Source: Lama glama (lineage: Eukaryota). From it: a stretch of 64,000 nt of DNA. The position numbers were made by a program, and so were the translations under genes. This document shows positions 1-28,500 of the stretch, piece by piece. Under the pieces are notes generated by a model that saw only the letters and a list, made by a program, of their open reading frames with translations, did no database searches and was not told the origin of the DNA. Positions within the stretch are counted from its first letter, which is position 1. Every line of letters starts with the position of its first letter. Location of the stretch: NCBI GenBank assembly GCA_028534125.1, contig CM052826.1:7936001-8000000 (forward strand), given 5' to 3'.

Positions 1-910
1 CCAGGGTCAGCTGCTCCTGGGGCTTTAAGTTCTCCTGCTGCAACTTCCTCACCTCGGAAGCAAACACCGCCTCGGCAGATGCGGTGGAGTCGATGCAGTT
101 GGCCTTGATGGAGATGAGGAAGTGGCCCCCGTTACGCAGGAAGGTGTGGGCGTTCAGAGCCACGATGCGGGACTGGTCGGGCTGGGCCACGTCGGCGAAG
201 ATCACGTCCACCATCCCGATGAGCATGCGGTACTTCAGCGGGTGCCGGGCATCTTCGAGGACCGGGATGATGTTGGTTCGCTTCTTGGCCACGTTGACCA
301 AGTCGCGGCCGGCACGGTGGGAGAACTCGACTGCGTAGACCAGGCCATCGGGGCCGATGATGTCGGAGACGTGGGACACAGTGGTCCCCGAGGCAGCGCC
401 CAGGTACAGCACTTTGGACTTGGGCTTGATGTGAATCTGGTCGACCCCGCCCAGGATGGCAGCGGCCAGCTTGGAGCGGAAGGGGTTCCACGTGCGGTAT
501 TCCTGTTTCACGCCGCCCTCGGTCACCGTGACCCGGCGCTCGCCGTACACCGACTGGCCGGGCACCATGTTCAGCGTCACCAGCGCGTCCTCCGCCCCGC
601 GATAGATGAAGACGCCCTCGTGCCGGTGCGGTTCCACCGACACCAAGTTGGCGCCCTTCCTGCGGCGGTTCTTGCTCTTGGCCACCCCGCCGCGCCGCTG
701 TCCGCCGCCCCCGCGGTCCCTGCCATCCCCGCCGCCGCGCCCCCGGCCCCGGCCGCCGCCGAAGCTGCGTGCCCGCCCCCCGGATCTGCCCTTGCCGCCC
801 GCCCCGCCGCTATTGCCTCCTGCTCCCTTGCCTCCGCCGCCGCGACCTCCGCCCCAGCCGCCGCCCGCGCGGCCGCCCGCCCCGCCCCCGCGCGAGCCCG
901 CCGACTTCAT
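1..910 (-). CDS. FBLL1: Fibrillarin-like 1 (rRNA/tRNA 2'-O-methyltransferase), intronless, 3' end beyond window edge
   Basis: ATG at 910 in GCCATG context. Reads [10 protein letters not shown]... (Gly/Arg-rich GAR domain), then [35 protein letters not shown]..., SAM-binding [32 protein letters not shown]. No introns in 303 codons. Lies downstream of RARS1 as in other mammals. Confidence 0.96.
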   Translation of the reverse strand, partial: MKSAGSRGGGAGGRAGGGWGGGRGGGGKGAGGNSGGAGGKGRSGGRARSFGGGRGRGRGGGDGRDRGGGGQRRGGVAKSKNRRRKGANLVSVEPHRHEGVFIYRGAEDALVTLNMVPGQSVYGERRVTVTEGGVKQEYRTWNPFRSKLAAAILGGVDQIHIKPKSKVLYLGAASGTTVSHVSDIIGPDGLVYAVEFSHRAGRDLVNVAKKRTNIIPVLEDARHPLKYRMLIGMVDVIFADVAQPDQSRIVALNAHTFLRNGGHFLISIKANCIDSTASAEAVFASEVRKLQQENLKPQEQLTL

Positions 911-940
911 GGCGCGCCCTGGGCGCCCAGGTGGTTGGCG

Positions 941-1100
941 GCGGCTGTCAGGGATTACCGGTGGCGTGGGGGGGTTGTCAGGGGTTACCGGTGGCTCCCA
1001 GCGGTTGTCAGGGGCCGCCGGTACCTGGGGGCAGTTGTCAGGGGTCGCTGGTGGCTGGGAGAGGTGGTCAGGTGTCGCTGGTGCCTCCGGGCGGTGGTCC
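941..1100. repeat. 30-bp imperfect tandem repeat (about 5.3 copies) in FBLL1 5' leader
   Basis: Units start at 941, 971, 1001, 1031, 1061 and 1091. Consensus is about gcggttgtcaggggtyrccggtggctgggg. Confidence 0.9.
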
Positions 1101-1149
1101 TGAGGCCGGACGAAGGTGGGCGGCAGCAGGTGCCTGCTGGGTTAGCCAC

Positions 1150-1330
1150 GCGGGCGGAGGGAGAGAGATGGGCGGCGGTGGGGACCAGCTCTGCTGCAGT
1201 TCCCGCATCCCCGGAGCCGCCCTTTGACGCAGCGACGGGCGTGATTGCATCACACCCGCTATGGCGACCCTGCAGTCCCGGAAGCCCCCCTTCCCAGCCT
1301 GCCTGCAGACACAGCCTGCTCCCGTGTAAT
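1150..1330 (-). promoter_or_regulatory. FBLL1 CpG-island promoter region
   Basis: CpG-rich to about 1300. GC box gggcgg near 1152, TGACGCA 1225-1231, ATTGCATCA 1244-1252, ETS-like ccggaag near 1278. Confidence 0.6.
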
Positions 1331-2549
1331 GCACCCCCCTTCCCCTTTCCGCATCTTCTGCTTTCTCCGAGACCCCTGGCGCTTCTGAGACTCAGGGAAG
1401 GGGGAGTCTCCTTGGCAAGAGAAGGGGAGGCGAGCATCATCTTCAGTCCTTGCTGTGCCACTTGCTTGCTGTGTGGTCTCAGGAAGCTTACCTGATCTTC
1501 TCTGGGGGTCTTGTCTGAACTTGGGCAAGCTTCTTGACCTATCTGGGTCTCATTATCCCATCTATAAAACTCAAAGCTTTGAAAACTATAAAAGCTTTGT
1601 TCTGAAGCACCACACACACTTGCCCCAGTCCTGGTGCATGCTAAGTATTCTACAAGCGTTAGCTTTTCTGTTTTGTTTTGTTGTTTTTAATGTATTTCTT
1701 TTGGTCGATTTTTCATTGAAATGTACTGCTGTCAGAGCTTTAGCCACCTGAAAGTGGCCCTGGCCCTCCTTTACAAAGTTGATGGAAATGCACCTTGGTA
1801 CAGATATTCTGACAAACCCTTAAACAAGGTACCTATACTTCCACTTAGGTATTCCACTTTGAAAGATTTCATCCCAAAGGGATGATCCCAGCAAGAAATG
1901 GTCATTAGAAGAAGACAGAGAGTGGTGATGGAAGCAGAGGTGATGATCAGCATTAACATGGAGTCTTGGCAGAGATGAGATGAAGGGGACTGACCTAGGA
2001 GTTTTTAGAAGACAGAATCCACAGGACTTTCTGCTAGACTGCGTATAGGAAGTCAAAAGGGGAAAATTCCAAGCCAGAGATTGCCAAAGGATAGTGGCTC
2101 CTCTGATGTGGTTAATAGCCTGCAATCCGCAGCCCTGGTTGCTGTCTGCCTAGCTCTTCTTTTCCATCAACTGTGCTAAATCCCAGAACTTGTTCTGGGA
2201 ACACTGGGCAGCTAGAAAATATTGATTCTTCAGTGTGAATGGGGACACATAGGCCAGAGCCCTAACTGTAACACACGTTGGCAAAAGCCAAAATCTCATG
2301 TTTATTACTGTATTCTAGTCTGTGTTTCAGAAATCTGCTCTTTCAATATGCAGCATTTTCTTGATCATTAAAAAAGAACCATTCAGTAGCACCACGGACA
2401 GCAAAACAGGTGGCAAGAGCATGCTTGCACGTTCTGTGAGGACCACGGACAGCAACACCAACTGGGGTTGTTAAAGCTTCCAGGGCTGGCTTTGGGGTCA
2501 ACCAAGAGCTGGGGGAGATGGTGCAGGTTGTTGTAACCAGACCATCTGT

Positions 2550-4745
2550 CCTCCACAGCAGCTGGACCATTCTGCATCCCCACAAGCAGTGTATGAGGGT
2601 TCCAATTTCTCTAATCCCTACTAACACTAATTATTTTGGGTTTTTTTTAAGACTAAAAAATATATATAGCCAATCCCAGTGGAGGCTGTGAAAACGTGTC
2701 ACTGCTGTTTGCATTTGCCTAATGATGCTGAGTATGTTTTCAAGTGTTATTAGTCATTTATATATCCTATTTCAAAAAATTCAAGTATTATGCCCATTTG
2801 AAAGTTGGATTGTTTGTATTTTGGTTATTTATGTATTCTGTAAGAGAATACATAATGTAATGTGAGATCTTTATATTCTAGACAATACATTCATCAGATT
2901 CTGCTTTGTACATATTCCTCCCATTATGTGATTTGTCTTTTGACTTTTTGACAGTGTTCCGTTGATGCACGAGTTTAGACATTTTGATTTAGTCCAAAAT
3001 TATTTTTTTTATTAAGAAACCATTGCCTAATCTTCAGTCATAAAGATTTACATCTATGTTTCCTTCAAAGTTCTGTAGTTTCAGCTTCTTAGATTTTGGT
3101 CTTTGATCCATTTGGAGTTATTTTTGGTATATGATGTCAGGTAGGGGGTCCAAAGTCATTCTTTTGTACTTGGGTTTATAGATATTCCAACACCATTTGT
3201 TGAAAAGACTTTACTCCATTGCATGGTCTTACTACACTTGTTGAAAGTCAATACACCATAGATTATGGGTTTATTTCTGGACTCAATTCTATTCCATTGA
3301 TCTATCTGTCCTTAATCCAGTTTCACATTGTTTTGATTATTTTCAATTTGTATTGTTTTGAAATTGGGAAATTGTGAGTCCTCTGTGTTCTTTTCCAAGG
3401 TTTTGTCTAATTAGGGTTTCTTGCAATTCCATATGAATTTCAGGATCAGCTTGTTAAGTTCTACAAAGGAGTCAGCTAGGATTCTTCTGCTCAAGAACAG
3501 GCTTAATCTACATTAATTTGGGAAGCACTGCCATCATAACAATGTTAAGTCTTTGAAACTATGNNNNNNNNNNNNNNNNNNNNNNNNNNNNNNNNNNNNN
3601 NNNNNNNNNNNNNNNNNNNNNNNNNNNNNNNNNNNNNNNNNNNNNNNNNNNNNNNNNNNNNNNNNNNNNNNNNNNNNNNNNNNNNNNNNNNNNNNNNNNN
3701 NNNNNGATTTGTTTTCTTACTTTTTGCATGGTTCATTGCAAGAGTACAGGAATACAACTAACTTTTGTGCATTGATCTCATGTCCTGGAACCTTGCTTTC
3801 ACGAGCTGTTAGTTTTGTGTGTGTGTGTATGTGTATTCTTTAGGGTTTTAAAAATATATATATAATTAAGTAATCTGTGAAGAGATAATTTTACTTCCTA
3901 AGCTGAATGTCTTTTGTATAACTGACCTGGCTAAAGCTTCCAGTAGCACACTGACCAGACCAAACCTGGCTTCCCTATCTTGCTCCTGATCTATTGAGAT
4001 GCTCATGTAGGGTTTCCCCAACCCCCTCAAATGATTAATAGGATGTATTACTTTATTTTCAAATGTTAAGCCATCCTTACATTCCATGGACAAACATTTG
4101 CTCATGATAAAGAATTCTTTTAATATTCTGCTAAATTTGATTTGCTAACACTTAGAAATTTTTTTCTTTTTCATCTATAGTCATAAGGGATATTGATCTG
4201 TACTTATCTTTGATTTTGGTATCAGGGTAATATTGGCTTCCTAGGATGAATCAGGCAGTAATTCCTTTCATCTATCTTTTGGAAGACTTTGAGAATTGGT
4301 GTTAATTCTTTAAAGGTTTGGTAGAATTCAGAGACACCATCTGGCTCTGGCAGTTTCTTTGCTGGAGGTTTTTAGTAGAACTGATTCAGTCTCTTGTTCC
4401 AGGCCTATTCAGATTTTCCACTTCTTCTTGAGTCAGTTGTGGTAGTTTGTGTGTTTCTAGGAGTTTTTACATTTCACCCCTGCCTAATTTTTTGGCATGC
4501 AATTGTACACGGTCTTCCATTCTCTTATGATACATTTTAGTCTATAAGGTTAGTAGTAATACCCACTTTCATTTCTTGTTTTAGTAATCTGAGCTCTTTT
4601 TCCTGTCAGCCTAGCTATAAATGTTTATCAATTTTATTGATATTTTCAAAGAACCAAATTTTGGCTTGATTTTCTCTATTGTTATCCTATTCTTTATTTC
4701 ACTCATCTCCACTCTAGTCTTTATTATTTCCTTCCTTCTGCCTTC
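2550..4745 (-). mobile_element. Degenerate LINE-1 (ORF2 3' region), antisense
   Basis: Typical antisense L1 text (cagtgtatgagggttccaatttctc, caccatttgttgaaaagac, ggtagaattc...ccatctgg). Interrupted by the N gap at 3564-3705. Confidence 0.85.
3564..3705. other. Assembly gap (142 N)
   Basis: N run. Confidence 1.
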
Positions 4746-4759
4746 AAAATGGTAACTAA

Positions 4760-5665
4760 CTAGGGAAATAAAAGTCAAAACTGAGATACCACCTCACACC
4801 CAATGGGGTACAATTGTACCACAATGGTGGTACAATTAAAAAACAAAGCATTGACAAGTATGGAGAAACTGCAACCCTTTGTACTACTGGTGGGAATGTA
4901 AAATGGTACTGCTTCTGTGGGAAACACGGCAGCCCCTTGAAAGACAGAATCACCTTCCGGTCTGGCTATTCTGCCGCTGGGTACATACTCCAAAGAAATG
5001 AAAGCAGGGCCCTGGAGAAAACTGTATACGCATGATCACAGCATTATTCACAATAGCCACATGTCCATCCATGGATAAATGGGTCAGCAAAATACGACAT
5101 ATACATACCATGGGAATATTATTCAACCCCAAAAAGGATGGGGGGAGGGTACAGCTTAGTGCTAGAGTGCAGGCTTAGCATGCACAAGGTCCTGGGTTCA
5201 ATCCCAGTACCTCCATTACAAAATAAATAAACCTAATTACCGCTACCCCACCCAAAAAACTAAAATGTACAAAATCAATAGGAGTTATTAAAAAAAAAAC
5301 AAAGAAGGAAGTATGACATATGCTACAGCATGGATGAACCTTGAGGACATTATATTAAGTGAAACAAGCCAGTCACAAAAAGACGTTAAGTACATGGTTC
5401 CACTTACATGAAGTGCTCAGAGTAGTCTGATTCACTGAGTCAGAAACTAGAACGGTGGCTGCAGGGTCTTGGGGGCAGGAGGGAATGGGGAGTTTTTGAT
5501 TAACAGGTATAGAGTTCCAGTTTTACAAGATGAAAAACAGTTCTGGAGATGGAGAGTGGTGACAGCAGTACAACATTATACACGTATTTAATACCACTGA
5601 ACTCTACACTTGAAACTGGTTAAGATGGTAAATCATATGTTATACATATTTTACAATGAAAAAAT
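4760..5665 (+). mobile_element. LINE-1 3' end/3'UTR (L1MA/MB-like), sense, hosting a SINE
   Basis: gagataccacctcacaccc, ggtgggaatgtaaaatggtac, gcagcattattcacaatagcc, catggatgaaccttgaggacatta, A-rich end. Confidence 0.85.
5140..5260 (+). mobile_element. tRNA-derived camelid-type SINE (vic-1-like)
   Basis: ggggagggtacagcttagtgctagag...ggtcctgggttcaatcccagtacctcc (A/B boxes), then the aaataaataaacctaattac tail. Confidence 0.85.
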
Positions 5666-6364
5666 TGCTGTCCTGACTCCCTGTTGTTTTTGTCACATAT
5701 ACATGTGTGCCTATCAACGCAGATAGCACTGAGCACTTCCTGTAAGTGGAACCATGCACTTATGGTTACTGTTTTATGCAGCGGTCTTATAAATCGTGTA
5801 AGAAAAAAGCAGAGTTACAAACAAAACATACATTAACATTGACTCTTACACTTACTGGCATTCTTTATCTCCTTGTGTGGATCTGAGTTACTGCCTAGTG
5901 TCCTTACATTTCAACTCTTTAGCATTTCTTGTAGGGAAGGTCTGCTCTCTGTTTTTGTTTGTTAAGAATGTCTCAATTCCATATCATTTTTAAAGGAGTT
6001 TTTCCAGACAAGTCTTAGTTAAGACTCCCTTCTCTAAGGCTCCTTTGAGGCTGCAGACCCTCGGAAATAGCATGGTGCAATAGCAGTCATGTTTATTAAG
6101 CATCTGTTTTTCCAGAATAAATGGCAATAAAGGTGTGTTCCTGGGGACCACAGTAGGCCCTGATATAAATGGGATTCCTTACTTAATTAAAAATTAGGGT
6201 ATTTTTCTTTTCAGACGTTTAGTTGTTAGAGATAAAGAACCAAATGTTCTGTAGGTAGTTGACAAATTTCTTTTACTTTTTTTTGTATTCACATGATTGT
6301 AAAAAAGCTAACAATGCCAGTGGCCACTTCGGTAAAAACACATAGTGTTCAAACCTAAGGAGGA

Positions 6365-24352
<17,988 letters not shown>

Positions 24353-24545
24353 CCTCTCGTCAGCGCCTTCGCGACCAAGTCACAGGAAGCGGAAACGCAA
24401 GCCCCGCCCGGAAGCAGAATCCCTTCCCTTCCCGCTCCGCTCCGCCCCGCCCCGCCCCGCGGTCTCCTGGCTGACTGGGTGTCAACGCCTCTGCTGCCCC
24501 CTAGTGGAATCCAGGAGACACTGCGGGGAGAACCCGCGGGGAATT
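24353..24545 (-). promoter_or_regulatory. RARS1 CpG-island housekeeping promoter (ETS/GABP sites, GC boxes, CTCF motif)
   Basis: caggaagcggaaac near 24383, ccggaagc near 24407, tandem ccgccc at 24441-24460, CTCF core ctgccccctagtgg at 24494-24507. Confidence 0.75.
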
Positions 24546-24954
24546 TTCTGCCAGGTTGGGGGGCTGTACCCTTTGTAGTCTTGGGGGAGGGGAGGGGGTT
24601 TGAGGGGAATGGGACCAGAGCTCCTCTGTAACTGAACTGACTTGCACAGAGGCACTTACTTAAAGCCTCTGTCTCTCAAGGGCTTCAGTTCACTCTGTCA
24701 AATGGGTACAAAACTAACAAAAATCCATTCATTTACTCAATAGTACTTATTACGCTCATTAATGTAATGTCAGCACTATTCCACGAGCTGGAATACAAGC
24801 TGGAAACAAGTCAGACAAAGTCCCCGCTTTCATGGAGGTTACATTTTAGAGTGAATAGATATACTAGATGAAAATGTAAATAACAATCCCAGTTAAAGTG
24901 CCAGGAAGATAGAGATAGTGACTTGGATCAGGGAAGACATCTCTGAGCAGCTAC

Positions 24955-25551
24955 TGATGCAGGAAAAATGTGGGGCGAGAGGACGGCCAGATCTCGGTTT
25001 AGTTCCTGGGATGTGCCCCACCAAGGGTGTGTCCTTGGCTTCACGCAGGAAAAAATTCAAAAGCAAGGCACAGTTGAGTAAAGGTGGATTTATTCAGATA
25101 CATACTCCATAGACAGAGTGCAGGCTGTTTCAGAAGGCAAGAGAAAGGCCGTGAGGTGTGGGGGTTGGGTGGTCGGTTTAAAGTCAAAATAGTCACACAC
25201 TCCATAGACAGGAGTGCTGGGCAGCATTGCTCAGAAGGAAGAGTGGCTACAAGGCGTGGTGTTGCTAGCTTGGTAACTTCACATGCTAACAAGTGACAGG
25301 ATTATTCTAACTACTTTGGAGAAGGAGGTGGGACTCCCAGGAACTGGGCCATCACCCATCCTTTGACCTTTTATGGTCAGCCTTAAAACTGTCCTGGCGC
25401 CTGTGGGAGTGCTGTTTAGCATGCTACTGTATTTCAAAGAACGTATATTGAAGCTCAAGGTCTCCTGGGAGTTGAACCTTCCACCATCTTGCTGCTAACT
25501 GCTGTGTCATTCTTTTAATGGCCATGCCCCGCCCCCTTCCCTCCTGTCTCA
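24955..25551 (-). mobile_element. Solo ERV1-class LTR
   Basis: Minus strand begins TGAGACAGG and ends ...ATCA. 4-bp flanks ctac/gtac. Minus-strand AATAAA at 25089-25094. Internal repeat actccatagacag...tcagaagg occurs twice. Confidence 0.7.
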
Positions 25552-28289
25552 GTACCACTGGAGATAAAATTCTTAACAGCTAACCTGGGATGCAAGTTCT
25601 CAGGAGACAGGGACCTTAACTGTCTTTTTGACTCTTCTCTATGCCCCCAGTCCTTAGAGCAATGGTCTCTAAACTTTTGTTTCTATAAATGAATTTTTTA
25701 AATGTAGCCTTTTTAAAAGTTGACATCTGAAAGCTCTTGCCACAAATTTAAATAGCGGTAATGAACTATTTTCTGGCATGCTGTTTCTTTTATAAGTGCT
25801 CTTAATGTATTTTCATCAAAACTGTGGAGCTGCAAATTTAGCTCATCCAATTTATTGGAAATATTTGCCATATTAATTAATTGGCAAAGCCAGTACTCTT
25901 TGTCAAGTCAAATAATTCATATCATAGTTACTTAATTTTTTTGATTCTTAAAGTTTGCATTTATTTTTATTTTTCAACCAAACACAAGTGTTAATATATG
26001 TCCCTGTGACACCTTTTTATTTCTCTAAGGAGGATGGAGGGAAGGATGGATGAGTTGGTGGCTGGATAAATCAAGGGACAGACAGGTGTCCACCTTCAAA
26101 ATAAAGCAGGAAAAAGGTCCATCTTCCCAGTAAGTTTCCTTTGCTTGGTGCTGAAAGAGTTTCCCTCAGGAGAAGTTGTTTGAATTGTAGGAGAGGTCGT
26201 GAGAGTGGGGCCTGATCTAATATGTTCAGTGTCCTTTCTCAAATCAACTTGTAACGGGGAGGCTGATGATCCCTACGCAGCAGCATGTAAATGTGACACT
26301 CTGTTTTAAACTACACAAAAAATAATGATGTAACTATCAAAAAATAGCAGGTGTTGCTGAGGAGAAAGGGGAAAGTATGTCACAATCTCATCTTTATGGG
26401 AGGGAGTGGACGGATCTTGCCTGCTGATGTTGAATAAGGACTAAAGGTCAACTATTTAAGAGGAAACCACTAGATTAACAATTATCAATTGTAGATTCCA
26501 GAGGCTGGGAGTGTCTTATTTTATATCTTATGTCTTTCTGCGGCAGTTGAGGTTTTTTTTTTTTAACCATGTGCATTAACTACATAGTAATTGAAAACAA
26601 ATTCTAAATTGACAAGAATGGGGCACCAAGCTCCCATACTGAGGCTCTAGGTGAGGGCAGGCCCCCGTTCTTATCCTCCTGCACACAATGCGAACTGCCC
26701 TAAGCACAGAGTGACTCCCAGAGCTGGTGGGGAGGCCACCCAGGGTCCTAGGGTCCCTGGTCCTCATCATTCCCACTTGTCCAACATCTGGGCCCAGTGT
26801 CACACCAGCCTGGGTCTCGATACTAAGGCATTTTACTGCTTGTAAAAGCAAGAGATTGTTAGCAATAGAAATGTCCATCAATTAGCCCATGGTACATTCA
26901 TTCAGTGGAATACTACATGGCTGTTAAAAAGGGTGAAATAGCTTACAGATACCAAGAACCATTCTAGATATATTAACTCAATCTTTCCCAAATGTGCTTC
27001 CATCATCACTATTTTTGCCATTTCTTTGTGCCTCTATGTTAATTATATGATCTTTTTCTTTAAATTGATTCATTTTCAAAACTTAAAATACTTCTCCTCT
27101 TCCTAAGCAGTAATATACCTGTGAATTCATGAGTCTGATGGCCCTGTTAAAATAAATATATGATTATAATTGTTTAAAGCTTCATGTAGGTACTCTCTAA
27201 CATTTTCTTCTATACTTTGGGAAATGCTGCATCAAATCATTGGTTATCAAGACAACTTGTCAAGGGGGTTGGCAATTTCCTGGGTTCATGTTGTTACTTA
27301 GCAAGACTGGAATTAGAACTTTGGTCTTAGACTGATTCATTCCCTGAACAATTGTTTGAGGGTCTGCCCTGTCCTCAGGGACTGCTCTGGCCTTTGGGCT
27401 AAAATGGTGAACAAGACAGGTGTCATGCTTGCCCTTGTGGTTCCAACATCTGCCTGATCAGAGAAGCAAGAGCAAAAAATCAAGTATGCAAATGCAGGAG
27501 GTAAAACATACTATAATTCCAAGCTTACATCATTTTACTTCTGATTAGCTTCATGTCCATTTATGATTAGTTGTAAATGTGTGACTTACCACGTTCTCCT
27601 AAATGAATGTACTCAGTCCCAAGTGCCCTGGGGGAAGCCTTATTAGTGGTGTAGGACAAACTTTTAAGTTCGGTTATTCCCAGAAGCGTCTAGAATATAA
27701 CAAGAATATACTTTCTCCTAGAATATAACAACTTGCCCACTATTCATTCATTAACAGCTTACGTCTGCTCAGTGCCTAACGTGTATCATCTCCTTGAATC
27801 TGCACGCCACTTAACGAAGCCAACAAACATGCTGCGAAGAAATGACCAAGAGGCACTTTTACAGTTTTATGTGGAGCTCTGACAATGCACTTTAAAAATG
27901 TAGGCAGCAATTTATCTACAGACACTCTCATACATGTGTGAAAGGATGGATGGACAAAGAGAGCAATGAGACGCTGTAAAAGCAAGAGACTGGCGACAAC
28001 ATAAATGTCCCTCAATTAACTTACGGTACAGCAGCCATCCAGTGGAATACTACATGGGTGTTAAAAAGAATGAAACAGCTTACACATATCTTATTAAGTG
28101 AAAAAAGGCAAGGTGCAGGGCGCTCTCTAGAGTCTACACTTTCAAGTGGAAAAAAAAGAATGTGCATGTAAGATTGTATATGCATTGGCTACCCCTGGAA
28201 AGACTTGGAAGAAACTGGCAATAAACAGGGTATCTTTGGGGAAGGAACTAGCTGGTGGGGACAGAAGTGTGAAGGAGACTTATTTGTCA

Positions 28290-28500
28290 CTGTAGGGCGA
28301 TGTCTTAAGAGCACCCTCTGGGCTTAGTCCCAGTTCCACCACTTACCAGCTGTGTGAGGTTGGATAAGTAACTTAACCTCTCTGGGCCAGTTTCCTCAAC
28401 TGTAAAATAGGAATGATCATGATACTACCTACCTTAGAGGGCTGTTGTGAGGTTAAATGAGTTAAAAATAAGTAAACCTTTGAATAGTGCCTGGGTCTGT
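28290..28500 (+). mobile_element. MIR SINE
   Basis: cccagttccaccacttaccagctgtgtga...aagtaacttaacctctctg...cagtttcctcaactgtaaaatagg...gttgtgaggttaaatgag. Confidence 0.75.

Noticed and set aside
941-1100. 30-bp repeat as a CRISPR-like array
   Set aside because: Units are head-to-tail and degenerate with no unique spacers. The context is mammalian and there are no cas genes.
122-1495. 457-aa plus-strand ORF and other ORFs overlapping FBLL1
   Set aside because: Antisense shadow of the GC-rich FBLL1 CDS in the same codon register. It starts at GTG and has no recognisable domain.
5140-5215. tRNA-like sequences (also near 7642, 10050, 12190, 19902, 39855, 60585)
   Set aside because: These are SINE heads with A/B boxes, shared non-tRNA tails and TSDs, not tRNA genes.
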